Virus record (IMG/VR): IMGVR_UViG_3300024181_000003
Location: 1-64,000 of that record
Length of the DNA: 64,000 bases
Origin: a virus
Taxonomy: Duplodnaviria > Caudoviricetes
Direction: 5' to 3' (one strand)
The notes beneath the pieces are model-generated. The model worked only from the letters and a program-made list of their open reading frames with translations, was not told the DNA's origin and did no database searches. Below, piece by piece: positions 7,066 through 16,565 of this stretch; position 1 is the stretch's first letter; every line of letters starts with the position of its first letter. A program made the translations under genes and the position numbers.

Positions 7066-7959
7066 ATGAAAAAGATGCTCTTGGCTGCAGCACTATTGCT
7101 GTTGTCAACCGTACCAGTCTTTGCAGCAACACCAGCCCCGACATCCAGCGACACGCTGTCTAAGTCAACCTTGGCCGTGTACGTCGGAAGACAGGAGTGC
7201 GCCTACAAGACCGTGCAAACGTTCTTCGGCGGCATCGATGTCTGGTCGTGTGAGTTCAAGTCTCAATTCACATGCACCGCAACCGTGATTGAAGCTCCCG
7301 GCGGCGGCGAGTATGCAGGTCTGACGGCAGGACACTGCTTCTCTTACAAGATGATGGATAAGGGATTCAAGTATTACGTGTCCGACAGCCTGAGTGAGAA
7401 TCCCGTTCTCAACGAGATTCATCTCATCAAGTTCGCTAACGAACCGCGTTACGACTACGCAATTTTTGAGTTCAGAAGTTTGAAGCAGTACACGCCCATC
7501 GAGTTCCAGAGAGAAGGTGTGGCACCACCGCTCGGTACCGAAATCGAGAACGTTAACTTCTCGCTCGGCGTCGTCAAGCAGGTGGTAGATGGCAAGATCG
7601 TCTCGAACCAGATCACTGGCTACGAGGCAGAAGAGCACAGAGATTTGCAGGGGCGTTTCTTTGTTAGCATCGGCGTAGGCCCGGGCGCATCCGGTTCGGC
7701 CATCGTTGACAAGAAGACGCATAAGATCATCGGGATTACAGAAGCTGTCTTCCCGGGCACCCAGATGGCAACGGTCGTTGTACCGCTGGGAGATCAATTC
7801 ATTAACTTCATGGACGACGCTTCCGCTGGTTTGAAGCCAGAGAAGCCGATGGGTCCGGCTGTCCGTTGGACACCAGAGCCCAAGGTTCACGTTCCCACGA
7901 TCTGGGAACTCGCCCAGCAGTTGTGGCAGCGCATTCTCAACAAGTTTCACCTAGGATAA
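7066..7959 (+). CDS. secreted trypsin-like serine protease
   Basis: Signal peptide; catalytic triad motifs TAGHC, DYAIF, GPGASGSAI. Confidence 0.85.
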   Translation: MKKMLLAAALLLLSTVPVFAATPAPTSSDTLSKSTLAVYVGRQECAYKTVQTFFGGIDVWSCEFKSQFTCTATVIEAPGGGEYAGLTAGHCFSYKMMDKGFKYYVSDSLSENPVLNEIHLIKFANEPRYDYAIFEFRSLKQYTPIEFQREGVAPPLGTEIENVNFSLGVVKQVVDGKIVSNQITGYEAEEHRDLQGRFFVSIGVGPGASGSAIVDKKTHKIIGITEAVFPGTQMATVVVPLGDQFINFMDDASAGLKPEKPMGPAVRWTPEPKVHVPTIWELAQQLWQRILNKFHLG

Positions 7960-7961
7960 TT

Positions 7962-8222
7962 ATGCCGAACGACACAGCAGGACCAGAAGGCGCAGCCAAG
8001 GCAGTTGCATCAGCCAAGGCGGCGTTGGCCGAATCGCACAAGCATTTTGGCGACAACCCAACCTACGCTCCCAAGGATACCGGAGTGTCGCACGCACAGA
8101 CGTCGAACGCGCCGTATCATATGGCGCACTCAGGCGGACACGAACCGATCGGTGGCACAACGGCGCAAGAAATCAACAATCGCCGGGCCACTGCTGACGC
8201 AGCGTACAAGTCGCTAGAATAA
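7962..8222 (+). CDS. small His-rich hypothetical protein
   Basis: AGGA RBS; coupled to next ORF. Confidence 0.55.
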   Translation: MPNDTAGPEGAAKAVASAKAALAESHKHFGDNPTYAPKDTGVSHAQTSNAPYHMAHSGGHEPIGGTTAQEINNRRATADAAYKSLE

Positions 8223-8386
8223 TGAACGACGATCTAGTTCAAAAGACGATCGAGCAAGCAAAGCAGAATTTGGCGCAAGCCAGCAACACGACACAGACTG
8301 TGGTCGGTAATCCCACCCAGTCCTTCCAGCCGACAGCATTTCCCATGGCGAAATACAAGATCGCCCGAGCGGCCCGGAAGCAATAA
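8222..8386 (+). CDS. 54-aa hypothetical protein
   Basis: MNDDLVQKTIEQAKQNLAQA...AKYKIARAARKQ; TAATG coupling. Confidence 0.5.
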   Translation: MNDDLVQKTIEQAKQNLAQASNTTQTVVGNPTQSFQPTAFPMAKYKIARAARKQ

Positions 8387-8398
8387 CAGAGGTTTCCA

Positions 8399-10729
8399 AT
8401 GGCACTGACAGATGCCCAGAGAAAGCAGAATCAACGTGATCGAGACGCGGGACTCCCAGAGACGTACAAGCGGGAGGTCAAGCCGTCACGGGAAGAGATC
8501 GAAGTCCGCATCACGCAGCACCAACGTGATATGGAATGGGCGCTGGCACAGGACGCCACAGGCAACTTTTACAAGAGCGAAGCTCGTAGTTGCGTTGACC
8601 TTCTAGCTATCTACGAGGGTGCTGACATCACGGACAAAGAGTCCGTTGAGGAAGAGGACCCGGCGGAAAAGAAGAAGGCCAAAAAGAAAAAGAAGAACAT
8701 CCCGAACCCATCCAAGAGTAAGATCACGATCAAGGCCGTGGTCTACGAACAAGAGATGGAGATCGGTAACGGCGTCAAGGTCAAGGTGACCAAGCCGATC
8801 GAGCCTGATTGCATCGACGATTGCGACCACGTCAACTGTGGCCACGATCATCGCCGTGATAAGGAAGTCGATTACGTCATTTCGTTTCAGCACTGGCTGG
8901 ACCTCCGCGCCAAGGCACGCAAGGACCTGTTCTGGCTGGGCCGCCTACTGGGCTACGGACTGTACCACATGTCCCACCAGTATGTCTGCGAACAGTTCGT
9001 GCAGAAAGATTTCGAAGGCAAGTACTTCCCGGGCTACACGCTAGATGACTTCCATAAGGCGATGCGCCAACAAAAGCGTTTAGCTAACATGGGCACACCT
9101 CCGACAGGCGTCGAGTTGTGCGACATGCAGACCCGTGAAATGCTGTTGCTGGAACCCCGTTCGTCGTACAAGTCGACGATCAACCGTATCGATACGGTTC
9201 AGTGGCTGATCAACTGCCCTGACATCCGTATCATGTTCATCACGGCGTTCAAAGACTTGGCAAAAGAGTTTGCGGTCAGCATCAAGAAGGAACACTTCTG
9301 GCTGCCGTTGAGCGCTGAACCGTCTGCGTTCCAGATGCTGTTTCCAGAGTATATTCTCCGGGGCATCGACGGAACGTCTGAACAAGACATGGAATGCCCG
9401 GCGCGAAATCACCCGCAGCCGCAGGCAAGCGTCTGGGCCACCTCGATGGAGTCGTCATCGACTGGTAAACACTGCGACATTTGTAAGTTTGACGACGCTG
9501 TCGACCCGAAGAACTCTGCTGACGAAGAGATGCGCGAGAAATTGCGCTTCAAGATCGACGGCTACGACGACGTCCGTGACCCGTGGGGATTCACAGATTT
9601 TTGTGGAACCCGCTACTTCACGATGGACTATTACGGCACCCGCCAACTCCCTCAGGAGGAAGACTCCAAGGATGTGGCACCGATACGGTACAGCTGCCGT
9701 GGTTCGTGGATACTGAATCAAGAGGACCAGTTCGCCTACGATCGTGGGGAATTGACCTGCCGCGACATCATCAAGCAGCGGCGTGCTAAACTCGTTCACC
9801 CATATAAGCTAACGTGGGCCGAACTCGACAAGATTCTTAAAAAGAAAAAGCTGCGCGGCTTCAAGAACCAGCAGCTCAACGAAGCGACAGACGAAGCGAC
9901 CGAAGACGTCTACATCAACCAGTTTAATCTGGACGTTCTCCGGGCGCACACGTATGCTCGCACCGCAGCACCGGACTTCACAGAGATGCGTGTTATCCAG
10001 ACATGGGATATCGCATACGGTAAGCATAAGACATCCGATTTCTCCGTCGGCGTCACAGCAGGAATCTACCTGACCAAGCAGAAACAGGAAGCGATCGTCA
10101 TTCTCGACGTGGTTCTCGACAAGTGGAAGTCGTCAGAGCTACCGATGCAAATGGCGGCATTTTACGAGAAGCACAAACATCTGGGCATCCAGAAGGTTTA
10201 CATCGAAGAGGCATTGGGCGTCAGATTCCTGATCAACAACATTAGCAACTTTTGCAAGATTCGTGGTCTGGACTATTCATCTAAGATCATGGTCGTGCCG
10301 ATGTCAACAAAGGCCAACGCCAAAAGAAACAGAATCAAGAACCTTGAGTTCTTGCTCGGCCAAGAACGTTTGTGGTTCGTATCAGGCTCGTGGAACGATG
10401 AAATCTTCAAACAGTTTACGAAATATCGCGGCGGCAAGAGCACGGCGTACCGAAAGGACGACGGGCCAGATGCTATCGCAATCGTAACCGAAAGAATGTC
10501 GCCCACGGCACTGACCAGCAACCCCGACCCGAAGGTAGTAGAACAGGAACACGAGAAGAGACAGCAGAAGGAAGCAATGATGGCTGTCTATAATCGTATG
10601 CACGGCGGACCATCGCCTACAGCACAGAAACCAACTGTGCAGGCACCGGAACCACCACCTACCGACCCCCGTCGTGATCAATTACGGCGACTGATAGGAA
10701 AGATTCTACCGCCCGGGATGAGAATATAA
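8399..10729 (+). CDS. terL: terminase large subunit with N-terminal extension
   Basis: EPRSSYKST Walker A-like, GKHCDICKFDD Walker B, TWDIAY/SDFS/EE/KDDGPDA RuvC-like nuclease motifs; precedes portal. Confidence 0.9.
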   Translation: MALTDAQRKQNQRDRDAGLPETYKREVKPSREEIEVRITQHQRDMEWALAQDATGNFYKSEARSCVDLLAIYEGADITDKESVEEEDPAEKKKAKKKKKNIPNPSKSKITIKAVVYEQEMEIGNGVKVKVTKPIEPDCIDDCDHVNCGHDHRRDKEVDYVISFQHWLDLRAKARKDLFWLGRLLGYGLYHMSHQYVCEQFVQKDFEGKYFPGYTLDDFHKAMRQQKRLANMGTPPTGVELCDMQTREMLLLEPRSSYKSTINRIDTVQWLINCPDIRIMFITAFKDLAKEFAVSIKKEHFWLPLSAEPSAFQMLFPEYILRGIDGTSEQDMECPARNHPQPQASVWATSMESSSTGKHCDICKFDDAVDPKNSADEEMREKLRFKIDGYDDVRDPWGFTDFCGTRYFTMDYYGTRQLPQEEDSKDVAPIRYSCRGSWILNQEDQFAYDRGELTCRDIIKQRRAKLVHPYKLTWAELDKILKKKKLRGFKNQQLNEATDEATEDVYINQFNLDVLRAHTYARTAAPDFTEMRVIQTWDIAYGKHKTSDFSVGVTAGIYLTKQKQEAIVILDVVLDKWKSSELPMQMAAFYEKHKHLGIQKVYIEEALGVRFLINNISNFCKIRGLDYSSKIMVVPMSTKANAKRNRIKNLEFLLGQERLWFVSGSWNDEIFKQFTKYRGGKSTAYRKDDGPDAIAIVTERMSPTALTSNPDPKVVEQEHEKRQQKEAMMAVYNRMHGGPSPTAQKPTVQAPEPPPTDPRRDQLRRLIGKILPPGMRI

Positions 10730-12847
10730 ATGTCTGACCAAGACCAGCGTATAGCGCAGAAGATTCACGATCTCTACATCGAACCGGCGGCGCAGATCAC
10801 CGCAGACAACACATCGATTGACGAAGAGACGAATACGATCACGTACAATGATTCTGCTGCAGTCAAGCTTGTCATTGACGACGCTGAGAGAGTAGACACC
10901 TATCTGAACATTCAGCAGTGGGCTAACGGCTGGACCATGGCCGACCTATTGTACCAGAGCCCGGCAACGCAGTCGGCATTCGACGGCGGCAACCAAGGGC
11001 AGGCATCGGTACCGAAGTACATGGTATCGAACCACATCAGTTCGATCGTGCCGAAGGTTATGGAGGGCATCTTCTACGAAGAGCCGCCGTTCCTTCTTCG
11101 CCCACGTCCGAACACCAAGCAGGAAGTCGTTACGGCCAAGACCGCGATCTTCTCTGCTCAACTCGATGCTATGCACTTCGAGGAAGAGGTCGAGCGTGCG
11201 CTTGAGCAGTGCGCCCTGCTAGGTACCGGCATCCTCAAGTGGGGATACGTCGAGTACACCAAGAAGATGCGCCGCTATCGTCGCACGGCAGACAAGACTC
11301 CGCTGACGCAGGCAGACGGCAAGATCAAGATGATCGACACCCCGGCCTCAGACGAGTACGAGGTCGAGTTCTACGACAAGAAAATTTCACACCCGTGGAT
11401 TAAGTGGACGGATATCCGTACCGTTCTCGTTAACCCGGGCTGCCGCGTGGGCGACATTCGCCGTGCAGGCTGGGTCGTCTACAGAGACTACGCAACCTAC
11501 GACGATCTGAACCTCCTACGTGACGTTGCAGGCTACAACATCCCGTCAGAAGAAATCCTAAAGGATATCTTCCTGAACGGAATTACGAGCGGCGCAGACA
11601 ACATCACCATGACTCTCCCAGAGGGCATGATGGGCTATTTGCAGCACTCGATGCCACGCAACTACAAGACATCAACCGACCCAATGCAGGCCCCGCTTGA
11701 GATTCTTGAGCGTTGGGACAACGACAGGGTAATTGTCGTGCTCTGCTACAACGGTCACAACATTTTGATTCGAAACGAAGCCAACCCGTATGGGAAGATT
11801 CCGTTTCTGTCCTTCAACTGGCGCAATATTCCTGACAACTTCTATGGTCAAGGGCTTGGCTTGTTGATCGGTTCTGAGCAGATCGTTGAGCAGGGTGTAA
11901 CCAACCTAGCTCTCGACCTGCTGAACTACGGATTGCAGCCGACAGCGGTTCGCAAGAAAGGGTTCCAAACACCGACGCAGGACGTAAGATGGCGGCAGGG
12001 CGGCATTATCGACGTTGAAGAAGACGTTGACAAGGCTTTCAAGTTCCTGCAGATGCCACCAGTGCCGGGTGAAGCATGGCAGTTCATTTCACAAGCACAG
12101 TCCGCTGGCGCAGCAACATCGGGCGCTAACGAACAGGTGATTCAGGGTGCGGGTGCCGCAGGCGTTAAATCGCTCGGCATGCGCTCGGGTACCGGAGCGG
12201 CGGCAGTCATTCAGGCAAACGCCAGCCGTCTTGACGGCCCGACGAGCCGTTTCATCAGACAGTGTTTCGTTCCATGGTTGTACATGATGGACGAGTTGAA
12301 CAACTTGCTGTTGCCGACATCGGTAATCAGAGACATATTGGGAGAAGAACTTGGTGAACCGTACTTGGTTGACCACGTTGACTTCCGTAACGCCAAGATC
12401 GAGTACGAAGTTTTGGCAGGCGCACACTTGGGTGCCAAGAAAGAGATGGCTCAGGCCCTCCCGATCGTCATCCAGTTGTTGAACAACCCAACGTTCGTGG
12501 CAAACGCCAACGACGCAGGCTATCAGTTCGACGCACCGGCAATCTTCAAGGCGTTCACCGACGCAGCAGGCTGGAAGTTCAGTCAGTCGTTCCTACGTCC
12601 GATGACACCAGACGAACAGAAGCGTCACCAAGCAAATTCACCAGCAGCGTTGCAGGCCTCGCAGGCCGCAGCCACCCAGAAGATGGCCCAACAGAAGTTC
12701 GAACAGGAACAACAGTTGGAAAACCAGAAGCAACTGGGTAAGGCAGGCAACGAAGCATTCCGTGCCTCAATCGAGCACGCAACAGAACCAGAGCTAATGA
12801 ATGGCGAACCGGGCAATAAAGGGTTTGGTTCGACAACGACTCTATAA
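10730..12847 (+). CDS. portal protein
   Basis: 705 aa after terL; NPYGKIPF...FYGQGLG...QRGGIIDV-type portal motifs. Confidence 0.85.
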   Translation: MSDQDQRIAQKIHDLYIEPAAQITADNTSIDEETNTITYNDSAAVKLVIDDAERVDTYLNIQQWANGWTMADLLYQSPATQSAFDGGNQGQASVPKYMVSNHISSIVPKVMEGIFYEEPPFLLRPRPNTKQEVVTAKTAIFSAQLDAMHFEEEVERALEQCALLGTGILKWGYVEYTKKMRRYRRTADKTPLTQADGKIKMIDTPASDEYEVEFYDKKISHPWIKWTDIRTVLVNPGCRVGDIRRAGWVVYRDYATYDDLNLLRDVAGYNIPSEEILKDIFLNGITSGADNITMTLPEGMMGYLQHSMPRNYKTSTDPMQAPLEILERWDNDRVIVVLCYNGHNILIRNEANPYGKIPFLSFNWRNIPDNFYGQGLGLLIGSEQIVEQGVTNLALDLLNYGLQPTAVRKKGFQTPTQDVRWRQGGIIDVEEDVDKAFKFLQMPPVPGEAWQFISQAQSAGAATSGANEQVIQGAGAAGVKSLGMRSGTGAAAVIQANASRLDGPTSRFIRQCFVPWLYMMDELNNLLLPTSVIRDILGEELGEPYLVDHVDFRNAKIEYEVLAGAHLGAKKEMAQALPIVIQLLNNPTFVANANDAGYQFDAPAIFKAFTDAAGWKFSQSFLRPMTPDEQKRHQANSPAALQASQAAATQKMAQQKFEQEQQLENQKQLGKAGNEAFRASIEHATEPELMNGEPGNKGFGSTTTL

Positions 12848-12859
12848 TAGGGAGTTCCA

Positions 12860-13282
12860 ATGGCTGAGAAGAAAGAACTAGTAACCATACTGTGTCCAGA
12901 TTTGTCACTTGCGGAGAAGACGGCGCTTGCACATACCGTCATGACCCCGGGCTGGCAGGTTGTGATCAAGATGGCAAACGAGGCTTGTCTTCGAGCCACG
13001 CAGGACTGTATAAAACTTGACCCAGAATCCGCAGATTACGAGCGAATCGCAGTCGAAAGACAGCGTCGTGCTCGCAACATCACGGAGTTCAGCGATTTGT
13101 TTATGAGATCGGCCTTTGGTCACAAAGATTCGATCGTGAAACACAACGCGACAGAGGAAAAAGAGGCTGTGGATGCCGTTGCAAACCGCTTCGGCATCCA
13201 CACCACACCACCGGAAGCCGTCAAGAGCATTTACGGCATCCACCCGGCCAAACCGAAGCCGCGTTCGGCCAAGAAGCAGTAA
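12860..13282 (+). CDS. hypothetical head-module protein
   Basis: GGGAG RBS; TPGWQV helix; between portal and scaffold. Confidence 0.6.
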   Translation: MAEKKELVTILCPDLSLAEKTALAHTVMTPGWQVVIKMANEACLRATQDCIKLDPESADYERIAVERQRRARNITEFSDLFMRSAFGHKDSIVKHNATEEKEAVDAVANRFGIHTTPPEAVKSIYGIHPAKPKPRSAKKQ

Positions 13283-13327
13283 AATCCCGACAGGGACGCT
13301 GTAGAATGAATGAACCAAGAGGACAAA

Positions 13328-14608
13328 ATGAGTAAATTTACTCTCGACTGGCTAAAGTCAGTCACGCAGGCCGAGTTTATGGCCGAAGCACGCAAAATTC
13401 AGCAGGGTTCTCAGGAACTCGCCGAGCTAAACGCCGTTCTGTCGTCAGAAGAGGGCAAAAAGATCGCCAGCGACATGCTGAACGACCCGGACTACGTCCC
13501 AGTCTCAAAGCGTGAGCCAACTCCTGAGGAAGCGGAGCAGATCGCAGCTGATATCGCCACCGCCACCGCTCAGGCAGCAGAGCAAGAGGCCGCTCGTGCA
13601 GCCGCCGCAGCAGAAGAGGCCGCCAAGGCCGCTGCAGCAGCCGCCCCGAAGGTCGAAGAGCGCAAAAAGATCGTCGTTGACTATCAAGCAACCGACGAAA
13701 ATGGCAAACCGATTGGCCGCCCGACGCACATCGAGGGCTGGACCAACGAAGAAGTCGTAGAAAAATTGAAAGCGGCGCACATCAACGCCGTCCGATACGC
13801 AGAGCGTGTCAAAACCAACCGCTTCAAGCAATCTGCCGAAGCCGTTGCAGTCATTGAGACGACCCAAGTAGCAAAGCAGATGAAGCAAGAGAGCGAAAAG
13901 CTCGCTGCTGAGGCCGTCGCAGAAAAAGACCCCGTTAAAATGCGGGAGTCGGTCGAAAAATCGGTTCAGGCAGAGCGCGAAGCTCGCATCGCCGAAGAAA
14001 CCGCCAGACAGCACGGCAAGATCATTGCTGACACTTGGATGGAAGACCACAAAGAAGACTTTGTACCTTGTTTGGCATCCTCAAACATCATAGGTGAGTA
14101 CATGAAAGCTAACAATCTTTCACTCACTTATGAGAATCTTGAGAAGGCCTTCGAGGCCACGAAAACTCGACTGCCAAAGGTCGAGAAACAACCAGCAGTC
14201 GAACCAACCCCTGTTACAAAGGTGGACAATCCGCCCGAAGTAACACCCGCAACGCCAGCCGCAGCCCCGGTGTTAATCACGCCGCCTGCCGCAGAGCCAG
14301 CGGTGACAGAACCAACAGCGAACCCGCCAGCGGTGATACCTACCGCAGCGGCTCCCGCCTCGAACTCTACGCCTGTAGCAGCGGACAAATCCGCAGAAGC
14401 TGCCCGTAGACCGGGGGTGAACGGCAGTGTTATGCCGGGAACGATGTCTGCAGCACGTCCCACGGTACAAGCACAACCGACTGACACCAGAGCCACACTA
14501 CTGAAAGAGATTGCAAAGATGCCAGCGCAGGAATACCGCAAGAAGCTTCGTGACCCAAATTACGTCAAGAAGTTGAATGCGGCTGGAATCAAAGTAGTCG
14601 GTTCATAA
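13328..14608 (+). CDS. capsid scaffolding protein
   Basis: Helical Glu/Ala-rich body, Pro/Ala linker, C-terminal basic helix; directly upstream of the capsid gene. Confidence 0.75.
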   Translation: MSKFTLDWLKSVTQAEFMAEARKIQQGSQELAELNAVLSSEEGKKIASDMLNDPDYVPVSKREPTPEEAEQIAADIATATAQAAEQEAARAAAAAEEAAKAAAAAAPKVEERKKIVVDYQATDENGKPIGRPTHIEGWTNEEVVEKLKAAHINAVRYAERVKTNRFKQSAEAVAVIETTQVAKQMKQESEKLAAEAVAEKDPVKMRESVEKSVQAEREARIAEETARQHGKIIADTWMEDHKEDFVPCLASSNIIGEYMKANNLSLTYENLEKAFEATKTRLPKVEKQPAVEPTPVTKVDNPPEVTPATPAAAPVLITPPAAEPAVTEPTANPPAVIPTAAAPASNSTPVAADKSAEAARRPGVNGSVMPGTMSAARPTVQAQPTDTRATLLKEIAKMPAQEYRKKLRDPNYVKKLNAAGIKVVGS

Positions 14609-14643
14609 CACCTCAACGGTGAAACTCTAGGTAGAGAACCGAA

Positions 14644-14732
14644 ATGAGCGGACCAACTCCCTCAGCATCAAACGTATCAAATGTACTCACCGCACAGGCT
14701 ATCCTGTTCGACAAGGAACTTATTCCTAACCT
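14644..14732 (+). CDS. major capsid protein exon 1 (29 codons + CT)
   Basis: MSGPTPSASNVSNVLTAQAILFDKELIPN; joins exon 2 in frame as ...IPNLKGETDAF... Confidence 0.88.
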
Positions 14733-14938
14733 AAATTAACTTTGGGTCATCCGCGAGGATGAGAATTTTCTCTAATGGACTTGAACTCTGAGACTGAGAA
14801 CAAGGCGCAAGCGAAAGCAGCGTGAGAGACTAAATGAGAAAACGCCGAAAGGCGATGCGATAGTCCGTTCTGTTGGTAACATGAACCAACAGAGGTTGAC
14901 AGAAATGATCAACCCCTCGAAAGAGGTAACAAATAAAG
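14733..14938 (+). ncRNA. group I self-splicing intron, 206 nt, no ORF
   Basis: P1 ACCT|AAA:TTTGGGT with U.G at the splice site; P2 TCATCC-GCGA-GGATGA; P3 TTTTCTC:GAGAAAA; P4 CTTG:CAAG; P7 GACT:AGTC; P8 CGCC-GAAA-GGCG; P9, P9.1, P9.2; terminal G14938; P10 AAAG:CTTT. Confidence 0.92.
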
Positions 14939-15881
14939 AAAGGGTGAGACGGACGCATTTGTGGCCGTAGCAGAACGCCGTGTGCAGGGATTGCACATGG
15001 GCATCAACCGTCAGTTCTTCCAGTACAACACCCTATCGGGTGACACTGTACAGGCCGCTGACGGCAACGTTGGAGCACCAGAAGTTATCTCCCAGATCAG
15101 CGCCCCGGCGCAGGTCGGCGAGTGGAACAACTACTCCAACTTCTCGGCATTCGCAATCGCTTCGTCGATTGACGAATTGGTCGGGAACTCGGCAGTCGAA
15201 CTCGGCTATCAGGCCGGTCAGTCGATTTCCGAACTGTACAGCGCAGTAGCAGACAGCGCATCTTCTGTGGACGGCAACGTTTCGCAGAACTCGCTTCTGT
15301 CTTCGCCGTACACGCTTGATCTTGCGACCATCCGCGAGATGAAGCAGCAGCTGGTGTCGAACGACGTGCTTCCTTGCAAAAAGGGCATGTTCTACGGCGT
15401 CATCTCGCCGAACGTTCTGGGCGACATCTACAACGCAACGACCGTCAACAACTCGATCGTTGATTTGTTCAAGCGCACAGACGGCGGCATGAAGAAGTTC
15501 GACGAAATCGCTGGCTCTGACCAGACGAAGGAAATCGAACTGCCGGGCACGAACATCATGTTCCGTCAGACCCCGTTTGTCACGAAGACGGCTAACTACC
15601 AGTCCTCGGGCAAGACCGCATACCGCACCTACATCTTCGGCAACTACGCGATGATCGGTGTGTGGCTGCAGGTTCCGGGCGACACGGACCTTGATGAAGG
15701 CGACTGGCGTACGATCGACTGCAAAGTCGTGACCGACGCTCCTCCGTCTTCGTTCGACCCGACGGCAACCATCGGTGGCTGGGCATCTTACCGCTTCCAC
15801 CAGACGGTTACCCTTCCGCCTGCAACGGGTACCAACACCCAGCGCATCCGCTACATCGATAGCGTTCCGGCTATTCAATAG
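14939..15881 (+). CDS. major capsid protein exon 2 (spliced product 343 aa)
   Basis: Position after scaffold; HK97-like size; 89+943 nt = 344 codons. Confidence 0.85.
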
Positions 15882-15894
15882 CCATAACAATTTC

Positions 15895-15923
15895 TTGACA
15901 CGGGTTGCAACCTGTGCTAAGAT
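15895..15923 (+). promoter_or_regulatory. sigma70-type promoter for the HNH gene
   Basis: TTGACA-17 nt-TAAGAT with TG extension. Confidence 0.7.
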
Positions 15924-15982
15924 TAAGAGTAGGAGGGTGCGCCTAGAACGCATCCTCCGACTCACTCTTTCTAGGAGAGCGT

Positions 15983-16564
15983 ATGACGCAATTAAACGAT
16001 TTGACCGCACGCATTTTTGGTCGGCTAACTGTAGAAAAAAGACTCCCTAACCATACCACGTCTGGGGGCAACTCGGTGGTGATGTGGCTCTGCAAATGCA
16101 TGTGTGGTACAGCGATATCCGTTTCGTCCAACTCATTGGTTGAAAATAAAACAAAATCATGTGGTTGTTTACAACGAGAAAGCACTAGAAAGTTGGGGTG
16201 GGCCAACACCAAACATGGCGGATATTCCGCATCTGCTACATACGAAGAGCAAGTTAAACACCAAGCCCTTGTGAACATAAAAGAAAGAGCCAGACGCAGA
16301 GGCTACGATTCCGATTTGACGGTCGAAGACCTTCCAGAGCTAACGGCGTTCTGTCCTGTGTTGGGTATAAAATATAATCGAGGCTCATTGAAAGACAAGA
16401 ACGCATCCCCGTCGATAGACAGAAAAAACACAAATCTTCCCTATCTTAAAAAGCACAGAGATAATCTTGTTTTCATTTCGCATCGAGCCAACAGAATTAA
16501 AACAGACGCTACTGTCGCTGAGATTAGAAAAGTTTTAGAATACGTAGAAGCACAAGGACAATAA
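15983..16564 (+). CDS. free-standing HNH (His-Me finger) endonuclease
   Basis: FGRLTV..WLCKCMCG..KSCGC N-domain; CPVLG..SPSIDRK..ISHRANRIK; AT-rich. Confidence 0.85.
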   Translation: MTQLNDLTARIFGRLTVEKRLPNHTTSGGNSVVMWLCKCMCGTAISVSSNSLVENKTKSCGCLQRESTRKLGWANTKHGGYSASATYEEQVKHQALVNIKERARRRGYDSDLTVEDLPELTAFCPVLGIKYNRGSLKDKNASPSIDRKNTNLPYLKKHRDNLVFISHRANRIKTDATVAEIRKVLEYVEAQGQ

Positions 16565-16565
16565 A

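Noticed and set aside
8399-10729. Intein in terL
   Set aside because: No intein N- or C-terminal splice motifs or LAGLIDADG blocks seen.
14961-15881. GTG at 14961 as the capsid start
   Set aside because: No RBS; the intron and exon 1 explain the true N-terminus.
15033-16010. Long antisense ORFs (also 7165-7950, 55487-56242)
   Set aside because: Shadow frames of well-supported genes; no RBS or motifs.
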